Shown here piece by piece: positions 14,477 through 23,682 of a stretch of DNA of 64,000 bases. Position numbers and translations under genes: made by a program. Below the pieces are notes generated by a model that was given only the letters and a program-made list of their open reading frames with translations, did not search any database and had not been told where the DNA came from. Position 1 is the first letter of the stretch, and every line of letters begins with the position of its first letter. This DNA comes from Pseudomonadota bacterium (GTDB taxonomy: Bacteria > Pseudomonadota > Alphaproteobacteria > Sphingomonadales > Sphingomonadaceae), in assembly GCA_039814925.1 (NCBI GenBank), contig JBCCAH010000010.1, positions 21,606 through 85,605 on the forward strand, written 5' to 3'.

Positions 14477-17314
14477 GTGTCTTCGCCTCCCTCTCCTTTA
14501 GCGTTCGCGCCTGTGCCCCTGCCCGCGCTTCACGCCAGCCATGGCGGCAATTGGCTGCGGCCAGGAGATAAGGGGCCGAACGGAGAAACCGGTGCGGTTT
14601 CCAAGGGCGAGGCGATCATGGCGGCGGCGGACACGCCGATCCTGCTGCTAAACGCGCCCTTGGTGGCCAACCGGCTGGGCTACCCCGATCTTTCCGGGCT
14701 CGATCTTCTGGAGCTGTTCGCCTTTGTGCACCCCGCCCGCTTTTGCGTGCCGACGCCGCGTGGTCTGGCGCAGGCGCTGGAGATGGACGAGCCCGATGGC
14801 GATGAGGCGGTGCCCGAATTTCTGCAAAAGGCGGCGGGCGCTCTGATCGCGGCGGTGGAGGAACCGGAATGGTTTGAGCGCGCGGGCGCGTGGTCGGTGC
14901 TGCAAACGATGGAGCGGCTGCGCTGGCCCTGGGCGCAGGTGTTGAAACCGCATCTCGCCCGGCCAGAAAGAGCGGAAAAATGGCTCTTCGCCACGCTGCC
15001 CGAATGGGAGGAAGCGGGCGAACGCGCCCCACCCCGGCAGATCGAATTGAAGAGCGTCGATGTGCTGGGTCAGCTCGATCACCTGACCGGTGCCGGTTCG
15101 GAAAAGCGGCAGGGCCAGCGCGATTACGCCTCGGACGTCGCGCGCATCTTTGCGCCGCGTGATCGGGCCGAAGTGCCTCATGTCGCTTTGGCGGAGGCGG
15201 GCACCGGTATCGGCAAGACTTTGGGCTATCTCGCGCCCGCGTCGCTGTGGGCGCGCGCGTCGGGCGGCACGGTGTGGGTGTCGACCTTTACGAAGAACCT
15301 GCAACGCCAATTGCGCTCCGAAAGTCGCCGCGCCTGGCCGGTGAAACGGCCCGATGGCACGCCGCCCGTTGTGGTGCGCAAGGGGCGCGAGAATTATCTG
15401 TGCCTGCTCAACCTCGAAGACGCGCTGCAAGGTGGGTTTCAGTGGCGCCCGGCGATCTTGGCGCAATTGGTCGCGCGCTGGGCCGCCTTCACCCGCGATG
15501 GCGATATGATTGGCGGCGATTTGCCCGGATGGCTTGGTACCCTGTTCCGCAAGCGCGGTATTGCGGCGCTGACCGATCAGCGCGGCGAGTGCATCTACGC
15601 AGGCTGCCCGCATTACCGAAAATGCTTTATCGAGCGCGCCGCCCGCGACAGCGCGCAGGCCGATCTGGTCATCGCCAACCACGCTCTGGTCATGGTCAAC
15701 GCGGCAAGAGGACGAGACCACGCGCCCGGTCATTTTGGGCGCCCCACCCGCGTTATCTTTGACGAAGGCCACCACGTTTTCGAAGCGGCCGACAGCACCT
15801 TTGCCGCGACTTTGTCGGGGCAGGAAGCGATTGAGCTGCGCCGCTGGATCACCGGGCCGGAGCGCAAGAACCGGGGCCGACGGCGTGGCCTCTCCGCCCG
15901 GCTGGCCGATATCGCCAGCTATGACGAACAAGGCGCCGAAGCGATTGAGGCCGCGTGCGAAGCGGGAAAAGCCCTGCCCGGCGATGGCTGGTTGCAACGG
16001 CTGGTCGAAGGTGAACCGTTCGGCCCGCTCGAACACCTGCTCTCCGCCGTGCGCCAGACCGTCTACGCGCGCGATGAAAGCAACGCGGAGGCCGGATACG
16101 GCATCGAAACCGAGGCCAGCGGACTTCCCGGCGACCTGATCGAAGCCGCTGGGGTGGCGGGCCAAGCGCTGGCCGCGATACGCGTGCCGCTGATGCAGCT
16201 TGGCGGGCGTTTGGAAGCGATCATGGCCGATCCGCCCGATTGGCTCGACGGACAGGGCCGCGCCCGGATCGAAGGCGCGCGCCATTCGCTCAGTTGGCGG
16301 GTCGATTTGCTGACCGCGTGGGAGTCTTTGCTGGCAAGGCTGGGCGGCCCGGCGGACCCGGATTTTGTCGACTGGCTAGCGGTTGATCGGTCCGACGCGC
16401 GCGAATTTGACGTGGCGATCCACCGCCGCTGGCTCGATCCGATGAAACCGTTTGCGCGCACCGTCCTTGAACCCTCGCACGGCGTGATGCTCACCAGCGC
16501 GACCTTGACCGACCGGATCGAAGACGAAGGCGCCGCCTGGGACAGCGCGATCCAGCGTTCGGGCGCGGCGCATGTCGAAAGCCAGCCGCTGCTATCCTCT
16601 GCGCAAAGCCCGTTTGACTACGCGGCGCGGGCCGAAGTGTTGATCGTCACTGACATCAAGCGCGGCGATCTGCCGGGCCTTGCGGGCGCCTACGCTCGGT
16701 TGATCGAGGCGAGCGATGGCGGCGTGCTGGGCCTGTTCACCGCAATCCGCCGGATGCGCGCGGTGCATGGGCGCATTGCGGACCGGCTGGCGCGCAACGG
16801 ACTGCCGCTGTTCGCGCAGCATGTGGACCCGATCGACACAGGCACGCTGGTCGATATCTTCCGCGACGATCCGCGCGCCAGCCTGCTGGGCACTGACGCC
16901 TTGCGCGATGGGGTGGACGTGCCGGGCCGAAGTTTGCGCTGCGTGGTGATGGAAGCGGTGCCCTGGCCCCGCCCCGATATCCTGCACAAGGCCCGCCGCG
17001 CGGCGGCTCAGGAAACGGGCGCTAAGGGCAGTGGGGGCGGCAACGCTTTTGACGACCGCATCATCCGCGCGCGACTGGCGCAGGCCTTTGGTCGCCTAAT
17101 CCGAAATCGCGAAGATAGCGGGCATTTTGTCGTGCTTTCGGCCGCTTTCCCTAGTCGATTGCTAACCGCTTTTCCCAAAGGCGCGGTGGTGCGGCGCGTG
17201 ACGCTCGACGAAGCGCTGTTACGGATAAAGGGAGGCCTGATCGGTGAAGACACCCCAGAGGCCGTTCAAATCGCTGGACCCTTGGACGATAGCATCCCAG
17301 ATAGTTTCGCATGA
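14477..17314 (+). CDS. dinG: ATP-dependent DNA helicase, DinG/YoaA family
   Basis: EAGTGIGKT, NYLCL and CIYAGCPHYRKC Fe-S cysteines, DEGHH, LTSATL, QAFGRLIR; start uncertain (GTG 14477 preferred; frame is open from 14414). Confidence 0.88.
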   Translation: MSSPPSPLAFAPVPLPALHASHGGNWLRPGDKGPNGETGAVSKGEAIMAAADTPILLLNAPLVANRLGYPDLSGLDLLELFAFVHPARFCVPTPRGLAQALEMDEPDGDEAVPEFLQKAAGALIAAVEEPEWFERAGAWSVLQTMERLRWPWAQVLKPHLARPERAEKWLFATLPEWEEAGERAPPRQIELKSVDVLGQLDHLTGAGSEKRQGQRDYASDVARIFAPRDRAEVPHVALAEAGTGIGKTLGYLAPASLWARASGGTVWVSTFTKNLQRQLRSESRRAWPVKRPDGTPPVVVRKGRENYLCLLNLEDALQGGFQWRPAILAQLVARWAAFTRDGDMIGGDLPGWLGTLFRKRGIAALTDQRGECIYAGCPHYRKCFIERAARDSAQADLVIANHALVMVNAARGRDHAPGHFGRPTRVIFDEGHHVFEAADSTFAATLSGQEAIELRRWITGPERKNRGRRRGLSARLADIASYDEQGAEAIEAACEAGKALPGDGWLQRLVEGEPFGPLEHLLSAVRQTVYARDESNAEAGYGIETEASGLPGDLIEAAGVAGQALAAIRVPLMQLGGRLEAIMADPPDWLDGQGRARIEGARHSLSWRVDLLTAWESLLARLGGPADPDFVDWLAVDRSDAREFDVAIHRRWLDPMKPFARTVLEPSHGVMLTSATLTDRIEDEGAAWDSAIQRSGAAHVESQPLLSSAQSPFDYAARAEVLIVTDIKRGDLPGLAGAYARLIEASDGGVLGLFTAIRRMRAVHGRIADRLARNGLPLFAQHVDPIDTGTLVDIFRDDPRASLLGTDALRDGVDVPGRSLRCVVMEAVPWPRPDILHKARRAAAQETGAKGSGGGNAFDDRIIRARLAQAFGRLIRNREDSGHFVVLSAAFPSRLLTAFPKGAVVRRVTLDEALLRIKGGLIGEDTPEAVQIAGPLDDSIPDSFA

Positions 17315-18372
17315 TCGAGACGTGGGACTTCTATATTCGGCTAATCGCCATTGGGGCCGCGCTGCTTCTCATCGCACAGATGGCCGCTGGCGATATCAGG
17401 GATCGCATCAAATTTCCCGTTGTGTTCATGGTCATTGGCGCAATCGCCTACTTGATGAACTCAACGCCGGTGCTCCCCTCTTCAGGACCGATGGACCCAT
17501 GGATCGATCTTTTGTCGCTTTCCGTGCCTTTCTGGATCTGGATGTTCGCGCGCAACCTGTTCGAGCGCGAAGCCCGTCCCCGAGTGATTTTGATCGTCGC
17601 CGCTCTATTTGTAGGCGCTTGGTCGATCAGCAATTTCTTCGCGCCAGCCGGCCTTATTGGGTTCTACATCATCCACCTGATTTCACTGGGATTGATTGGA
17701 GATCTCGTGCGGGTCGCTTTCCTCGATCGTGAGGACGATTTAGTTGAAGAGCGCCGTATCATTCGCCTGTGGCTGCCATTGCTAGTCGCGGCCCAAGCAG
17801 GGACGATCTTGGCGGCCGAACTGATCTTTGTGCCCAACGCGCCACCGCCAGCGATGCAACTGCTCAACGCGGTTATGATTCTTGCGCTGATCCTGTTTGC
17901 AGGCCTGTCGCTTCTACGTGCCGAGCCCGCCCTGCTAATGGAAACGAACGCAAGCAAGGCTGCAAATGGCGAAGAGGGAAAGCTCGACCTCTCCCCTTCC
18001 GAAGCGGTGCTGCATGAGAAGCTGAAACACGCCATGGACGAAGGCGGATACCGAACCACCGGCTTGACCATCGCCGCCCTCGCCGATCAACTCGACACGC
18101 CGGAGCATCGACTTCGCGCGTTGATCAACCAGCGGCTGGGCTATCGTAATTTCTCCGCCTTCCTCAACCGCCACCGGATTGGGGAGGCGCGCGAGAAGCT
18201 GGTTGATAAGCAAAATGTCGATCTGCCGGTGCTGACGATTGCGATGGATCTGGGATACAATTCGTTGGCGACCTTCAACCGCGCTTTCCGCAGTGAAACC
18301 GGCACAACGCCTAGCGACTACCGGCGGTTAGGGATGGCCGACGAGCCCGTCCCGGCGGCTGATCAAAACTGA
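17311..18372 (+). CDS. AraC-family regulator with multi-TM N-terminal sensor domain
   Basis: ATGA overlap with the helicase; hydrophobic N-terminal half; C-terminal NRHRIGEA ... IAMDLGYNSLATFNRAFRSETGTTPSDYR. Confidence 0.9.
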   Translation: MIETWDFYIRLIAIGAALLLIAQMAAGDIRDRIKFPVVFMVIGAIAYLMNSTPVLPSSGPMDPWIDLLSLSVPFWIWMFARNLFEREARPRVILIVAALFVGAWSISNFFAPAGLIGFYIIHLISLGLIGDLVRVAFLDREDDLVEERRIIRLWLPLLVAAQAGTILAAELIFVPNAPPPAMQLLNAVMILALILFAGLSLLRAEPALLMETNASKAANGEEGKLDLSPSEAVLHEKLKHAMDEGGYRTTGLTIAALADQLDTPEHRLRALINQRLGYRNFSAFLNRHRIGEAREKLVDKQNVDLPVLTIAMDLGYNSLATFNRAFRSETGTTPSDYRRLGMADEPVPAADQN

Positions 18373-18479
18373 AAAAAGCGCGTCAATTTCAAAATTGATG
18401 CGGATTTTCCGCCTTTGCAGAGAGTTTTACGATAGGCTCCTCCACACCGTGATCAGAAACGGATTGGAGGACCCTTCTG

Positions 18480-19424
18480 ATGGCACACAACGACCTCACC
18501 CCTGACCTCACCCCTGACCTTACCTACATTACCGAGCTGGTGACCGAACATTTCGCCAACGTCTTTTACTTTGACCTTGGACGCTATCTGATCGCGGCGA
18601 GCGTCGCCGCTGCGATCCTGTTTGCCTTTCGCGGATACGCCAAAGCGCGCCGCATTCAGAAACGGCGCGCGGCCGGCAAGGATTACGTTCGCGAAATCCT
18701 GTCTTCGCTGCGCACGGTCTTCTTCTTCGGCGTGACCACCATGGCGACGGTTATCGGGGTGGAAACCGGTGTGATCCAGTTCGACGGCGACCAATCGGCG
18801 TGGTGGATTGTCGCGCTGCATTTTGCCGCGATTGTTCTGGCGCACGATGCCTATTTCTATTGGGCGCACCGCGCGATGCATTCCAAGGCGCTCTTCAAAG
18901 CCACCCACCTCCATCACCATAAATCGCGCACCCCCACGCCGTGGACCGCCTACAGCTTCTCCGCGTGGGAGGCGGTTATCGAGGCCGCCTATATGCCGCT
19001 CTTCCTGTTGACCATCAGCCTGACGGGCTACGCCATGGCCGGGTTCGCGGTGTTCCTGTTCCTGTGGCATATGATCATCCGCAACGTGATGGCGCATGTC
19101 GGCCATGAAATCTTCCCAGCGGGCTGGGTCGACAATCCGCTGACCGATTGGATCAGCACCACGACCCACCACGATCTGCACCATTCTTCGGGCCACAATT
19201 ACGGGTTTTACTTCACCTTTTGGGACCGCATGATGGGCACCGAGCACCCACGCTATAAGGAAGAGTTCCGCAAGAACGCAAAACCGCTGCCCCGCCCATG
19301 GCCCAGCCGTTGGACACTCAAAGGGCGCCCGGCGGAGCAAGTCTCGGTGCTGGTCAGCGCCTTGCTCGCCGCCAGCGCCACGATTGGCCTGTGGTCGGGA
19401 ACAAGCGCTCTGGCTCTCGCGTAA
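18480..19424 (+). CDS. Sterol desaturase / fatty acid hydroxylase family protein
   Basis: His boxes HDAYFYWAHR, HLHHH, HHDLHH; NYGFYFTFWDRMMGT. Confidence 0.9.
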   Translation: MAHNDLTPDLTPDLTYITELVTEHFANVFYFDLGRYLIAASVAAAILFAFRGYAKARRIQKRRAAGKDYVREILSSLRTVFFFGVTTMATVIGVETGVIQFDGDQSAWWIVALHFAAIVLAHDAYFYWAHRAMHSKALFKATHLHHHKSRTPTPWTAYSFSAWEAVIEAAYMPLFLLTISLTGYAMAGFAVFLFLWHMIIRNVMAHVGHEIFPAGWVDNPLTDWISTTTHHDLHHSSGHNYGFYFTFWDRMMGTEHPRYKEEFRKNAKPLPRPWPSRWTLKGRPAEQVSVLVSALLAASATIGLWSGTSALALA

Positions 19425-19463
19425 ACGAAATTGAATTGTCCGCCACTCCTCAGGCGGTCTGAA

Positions 19464-19511
19464 GGCAGCCTCGCGGCGCTCAGCACCCAAACTGAGTGTC
19501 ACGAGGCTGCC
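19464..19511. other. Long intergenic stem-loop
   Basis: GGCAGCCTCG (19464-73)/CGAGGCTGCC (19502-11) plus inner CTCAG/CTGAG; no U-tract. Confidence 0.5.
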
Positions 19512-19623
19512 GCATTGCGTTTGCAAGGGAGGCGTTCACGGCTCGCCGCTGGTGGAATGCCGCTTGCCTGAGATCGGTCGGTGGCTACAGTGCGCGGGAG
19601 CACTTCGAGGGATTGGTGGACAC

Positions 19624-20160
19624 ATGAAACGGCTCGGCCTGTTGCGCCACGCAAAGTCGGAATGGGACGACGCGGTCAAGCGTGACTTTGACCGCGGCCT
19701 CAACGACCGTGGCCGGCGCGGGGCCGCTCTGATGGGCGAGCATGTGGTGGCCGAGGACATCCCGTGGAACATCGCCATCGCCAGCCCCGCCGTGCGCGTG
19801 TGCGAAACGCTGGAAAGCGCGCGGCTTGGCCTTTCGCCGACCTTTGATAAACGGCTGTACCTCGCAAGCCCGGATACGATTGTAGAGGTCCTGCATGGGC
19901 AGGCGAGCGACGGGGACGATCCCGAAAACGTCCTACTGATCGGGCACAATCCCGGCCTGCAGGAAACCATCCTCAATCTTGTCGCCCCGGCGCGCGAAAA
20001 CGATCTGTTTCGCGAAGCGGCGGTGAAGTTTCCGACGGCGGCCTTTGCCGTGCTCGAATGCGCGATCGACAGTTGGAGCGAGCTCAAACCGCGCTGCGCC
20101 ACGCTGGTGCATTTCGCGCGGCCGCGTGATCTCGATACCGAACTCGGTCCAGAATATTGA
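19624..20160 (+). CDS. sixA: Histidine phosphatase, SixA family
   Basis: LLRHAKS, VLLIGHNPG, FPTAA. Confidence 0.87.
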   Translation: MKRLGLLRHAKSEWDDAVKRDFDRGLNDRGRRGAALMGEHVVAEDIPWNIAIASPAVRVCETLESARLGLSPTFDKRLYLASPDTIVEVLHGQASDGDDPENVLLIGHNPGLQETILNLVAPARENDLFREAAVKFPTAAFAVLECAIDSWSELKPRCATLVHFARPRDLDTELGPEY

Positions 20161-20162
20161 GC

Positions 20163-20615
20163 CTATCCGATGATTTGACGCGGCCCCGGCCCTCTTTCGG
20201 CCAGCGCGTCATCCGGATTGTAGATCGCGCAGTGTTCCAGACTTAAGCAGCCACATCCAATGCACCCGTCCAGTCGATCGCGCGTGCGTTCCAATTGAGC
20301 GATCTGGTCGTCCAACCTCCCCCGGATCGCGCGGCTGATCGCGCGCCAATCCTTGGCCGTCGGCGTGCGACCGTGCGGCAGACCGCGCATCAGGTCCTGA
20401 ATCTCGCCCAAAGCCAGCCCCAATTGCTGCGCAATCAAAATGAAGCTGACCCGGCGGATATCGGAGCGCAGGAAGCGCCTTTGGTTGCCGCTGGTGCGCA
20501 CGGGCTCAATCAAACCCTTGCCTTCGTAAAAGCGGATGGCCGAAACCGAAAGCCCAGTGCGACGCGCCATGTCTCCTATCGGAATAAGGTCTTTGTGACT
20601 GATCGCGCGGGGCAT
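20163..20615 (-). CDS. soxR: Redox-sensitive transcriptional activator SoxR
   Basis: MerR HTH (IGDMARRTGLSVSAIRFYE) and CIGCGCLSLEHC [2Fe-2S] motif. Confidence 0.95.
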   Translation of the reverse strand: MPRAISHKDLIPIGDMARRTGLSVSAIRFYEGKGLIEPVRTSGNQRRFLRSDIRRVSFILIAQQLGLALGEIQDLMRGLPHGRTPTAKDWRAISRAIRGRLDDQIAQLERTRDRLDGCIGCGCLSLEHCAIYNPDDALAERGPGPRQIIG

Positions 20616-20637
20616 AGAGGCTTCCTTCAGAATAAGC

Positions 20638-20668
20638 TTGACCTCAACTTAGGTTGAGGTTGTACGAT
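20638..20668 (+). promoter_or_regulatory. SoxR-activated MerR-type promoter with SoxR box
   Basis: -35 TTGACC 20638-43, 19-bp spacer, -10 TACGAT 20663-68; palindrome ACCTCAAC-TTAG-GTTGAGGT 20641-20660 resembles CCTCAAGTTAACTTGAGG. Confidence 0.9.
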
Positions 20669-20733
20669 GGGCAAGCGCGGTGATTCGGAGCGTTTCGCTC
20701 CCGCCCCATTCAAACCGACTAAGGAGACCACCT

Positions 20734-21123
20734 ATGCCCATCGGAACCATCGAACACGCCAACCTCTCTGTCACCGACCCCGACCGCAGCGCGCGGCTTT
20801 TCAAGGACCTGCTCGGCTGGCAGGAACGCTGGCGCGGCAAATCGCAATTTGGCGGCGACACGATCCATGTGGGGGAGCCCGACAATGGCGGCTCCTACAT
20901 GGCGCTCTACACCAGCGATGACGTCAAAGGCGATTATTCCAAGGGCCAGCCGCTCAACCATGTGGGCTTGCAAGTCGACGATCTGGCCGCTGCGGAAGCG
21001 GTGGTGGCGGGCGCGGGCCTTAACCCCTTTGGCCACGACGATTACGATCCGGGAAAGCGGTTCTACTTCTTCGATTGGGACGGGATTGAGTTTGAGGTTG
21101 TGAGCTATGCGGCGGATCAATGA
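20734..21123 (+). CDS. VOC/glyoxalase family protein
   Basis: AAGGAG RBS; EHANLSVTD, NHVGLQVDD, FYFFDWDGIEFEV. Confidence 0.9.
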   Translation: MPIGTIEHANLSVTDPDRSARLFKDLLGWQERWRGKSQFGGDTIHVGEPDNGGSYMALYTSDDVKGDYSKGQPLNHVGLQVDDLAAAEAVVAGAGLNPFGHDDYDPGKRFYFFDWDGIEFEVVSYAADQ

Positions 21124-21175
21124 TGAACGAGATCATGCCCCGCGAACCGCTGTTCAAGCCACCAACAAAGCCGCG

Positions 21176-21805
21176 TCAGAGCAAGGATGTCTGGCTGGGC
21201 TTTCCGCGAACCCAGCTTTGGTCGGTCTGGTCGATGGTCAGCTCGCCACTCCAAGCCGTGCACAAAGCCCTCGCCTCGTCCGGTGATCCCGACGCCCAGC
21301 CCTCGTAATCCTCGGTGCGCAACAGGACCGGCATACGGCTGTGAATGTCCGCTGAGGCTGATCCGGCGCTGTCGGTCATCACCATGGAGTAACATAGGCC
21401 AAACTCATCGCTCTCGCGCCAGACACCGGCCACGGCGAACAATTCGGTGTCAGGTCGCGCCATCCAGGTGCGCGTCTTGGCGCCCTTTGGCCCCTGCGCT
21501 TCGGCCCAGGCGCTGATGGGGATCAGGCAGCGGCGCTCTTCGAATGAATATCGCCAGAAGAAACTGTCGAGCTTATCGGTGCGCGCGTTGTTGACGGGTT
21601 TGGGTTTCAAGGGCTGGCCGCTCTTGCCCTTCATCACCAAGGGGAAGCCCCAGGTCATCTGTTTGATCTGGCCATCCACCGCGACAAGGCCGGGATAGCC
21701 GGGATAGACCTCCTCCCCGAAATTTGCGCCGCCCAGCGAATTGACCATGTCAAACCACTTGGCGACCTCGTCGGTGTTCTTGGTCATGCGATAGAGGTTG
21801 CACAT
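21176..21805 (-). CDS. SOS response-associated peptidase (SRAP/HMCES family)
   Basis: N-terminal MC (catalytic Cys2), NNARTDKL, RRCLIP, IHSRMPVLL. Confidence 0.88.
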   Translation of the reverse strand: MCNLYRMTKNTDEVAKWFDMVNSLGGANFGEEVYPGYPGLVAVDGQIKQMTWGFPLVMKGKSGQPLKPKPVNNARTDKLDSFFWRYSFEERRCLIPISAWAEAQGPKGAKTRTWMARPDTELFAVAGVWRESDEFGLCYSMVMTDSAGSASADIHSRMPVLLRTEDYEGWASGSPDEARALCTAWSGELTIDQTDQSWVRGKPSQTSLL

Positions 21806-21807
21806 AT

Positions 21808-22752
21808 CTAGAAACCGCCCCCGGCATGGGCGTTGCCGACGATAAAGCACGCCGCCGCCATCAGCGCTCCGGCCCAGCGGTTGGAGCGGAAACGGTTGAG
21901 CGGGTTGGCGGGGTCTTCGGGGTTGAGCGTCGCCACTTGCCACACAAGATGACCCGCAACCGGCAGCAGCGCAGCCAGCGCGAGCCAATCGGGGCGGTAG
22001 AGCCAAATCCCCAGCGCCCAAAGACCGATAGTCGCGGCGTAGAACCCTGCGATGCCAGCGTGCACTTTCGCTCCCATACGCAGCGCCGATGATCGAATGC
22101 CGACCAGCGCATCATCTTCGCGGTCCTGCAACGCGTAGATCGTGTCGTAGCCGATCACCCAGGTCACACAGCCCGCGTAAAGCGCCGCGACCGCGTCCCA
22201 ATGTTGATTGCCGAACAACGCAAAGCCCACCTGGCTCCACCCAACCAACAGCCCCCAGTTGAACACCATGCCGAGCCACGCCTGCGGCCACCACGTGATG
22301 CGCTTCATGAACGGATAGGCCGCGACCAAAGCCAGACTGGCGAGCGCTACGAGCTGCGCCTCTAAGCGCAATTGCAGCAGCACGATGAGACCGAGAAGGC
22401 ATAGGCTGATCAGCCACGCCCACGCCGTTTTCTTGCTCACTCGCCCGCTGGCGACAGGCCGCGCGGCGGTGCGCGCCACTTTGCTGTCGAGATCGGCGTC
22501 CACGATGTCGTTGTAGACGCACCCCGCCCCGCGCATCGCAATCGCGCCCAGCAGGAACCACGCCAGCAAACCAATCTGCAAACCCGCGCCCGACAACCAC
22601 ACCCCAAAGGCGCAGGGCCAGAACAAAAGCCACCAGCCAATCGGCCGATCAAACCGCGCCAACTGCGCCAGATCGCGCGGCAATTGCGGCAGTCGTTCGA
22701 CTAACCCGCGATGTTCTGTGTCCGGGACAACTGTCTCAGGCGTTTGGCTCAT
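21808..22752 (-). CDS. ubiA: 4-hydroxybenzoate polyprenyltransferase
   Basis: RFDRPIGWWLL, NDIVDADLDSKVARTAARP, YDTIYALQDREDD. Confidence 0.94.
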   Translation of the reverse strand: MSQTPETVVPDTEHRGLVERLPQLPRDLAQLARFDRPIGWWLLFWPCAFGVWLSGAGLQIGLLAWFLLGAIAMRGAGCVYNDIVDADLDSKVARTAARPVASGRVSKKTAWAWLISLCLLGLIVLLQLRLEAQLVALASLALVAAYPFMKRITWWPQAWLGMVFNWGLLVGWSQVGFALFGNQHWDAVAALYAGCVTWVIGYDTIYALQDREDDALVGIRSSALRMGAKVHAGIAGFYAATIGLWALGIWLYRPDWLALAALLPVAGHLVWQVATLNPEDPANPLNRFRSNRWAGALMAAACFIVGNAHAGGGF

Positions 22753-22792
22753 GGCCTTGTCCTCTAGCGCTGCATGGGATTAGGGGAAAGCC

Positions 22793-23572
22793 ATGTCCGA
22801 CGACACCGCCAAAGAGGCTCTTGCCCGCATTCCCGCCTGGCCGCCCAAATCGGCGCCCCGGCTGTTTGTCGATGAAGACCTGAGCCGCTGCCAAAGCGTG
22901 CGGATTGACGGCAATCAGGCGCACTACCTTTCCCGCGTGATGCGCGTCGGCGAAGGCAGCGTTGTCATCCTGTGCGACGATCTGACCGGCGAGTGGATGG
23001 GCAAGGTGCGCGAAGTGGCCAAACGGCACGTTCTGCTTGACGTCACCGAGCAATTGGGTCCGCGCGAGACTGTGCCCGATCTGTGGCTGTGCCCCGCTTT
23101 GCTCAAGAAAGACCGGTTTGATCTGGTGCTTGAGAAGGCAACCGAACTGGGCGCTGAACGAATCCAGCCGGTGATCACCCGGCGATGCGTGGCGGATAAG
23201 CTCAACCTCGACCGCGCCACAACAATCACCATCGAAGCCGCGGAACAATGCGCGCGCACCGCCTTGCCAGACCTGCGCGAACCGGAAAGCCTCAGGGCGT
23301 TGCTCGAACACTGGCCGGGCGACCGACGCTTGTTCTTCGCCGACGAGGAAGGCGGCGAGCCGGCGTACGACGCGTTCCGGTACAGTTCTGGCCCAGTCGG
23401 GCTCTTGATCGGCCCCGAAGGCGGCTTTGACACCGCCGAACGCGAGGCTATCCGCGCGCACCCGGCTGCCACTCCCATCTCGCTTGGCCCGCGCATCTTG
23501 CGCGGTGAAACCGCCGCGATCGCTGCGCTGTCTGTGTGGATGGCGACAAGCGGAGATTGGGACCCCCAATAG
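22793..23572 (+). CDS. rsmE: 16S rRNA m3U1498 methyltransferase
   Basis: HYLSRVMR, KATELG, EAAEQC, LIGPEGGF, LGPRILRGETA. Confidence 0.94.
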   Translation: MSDDTAKEALARIPAWPPKSAPRLFVDEDLSRCQSVRIDGNQAHYLSRVMRVGEGSVVILCDDLTGEWMGKVREVAKRHVLLDVTEQLGPRETVPDLWLCPALLKKDRFDLVLEKATELGAERIQPVITRRCVADKLNLDRATTITIEAAEQCARTALPDLREPESLRALLEHWPGDRRLFFADEEGGEPAYDAFRYSSGPVGLLIGPEGGFDTAEREAIRAHPAATPISLGPRILRGETAAIAALSVWMATSGDWDPQ

Positions 23573-23682
23573 TTTAACTTTTTTCGCGCGTAGGCTTTTT
23601 TGGGGTGCATTTGCGCCTTTTTTGGCTTCCCTCGCCCCGACCCCGCGCCTACGGCGACGCCAATGATGGAAGTTGGATCCCT

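Noticed and set aside
18492-18521. 12-bp tandem repeat (DLTPDLTPDLT) at the desaturase start
   Set aside because: In-frame micro-duplication in a variable N-terminus; would not cause phase variation
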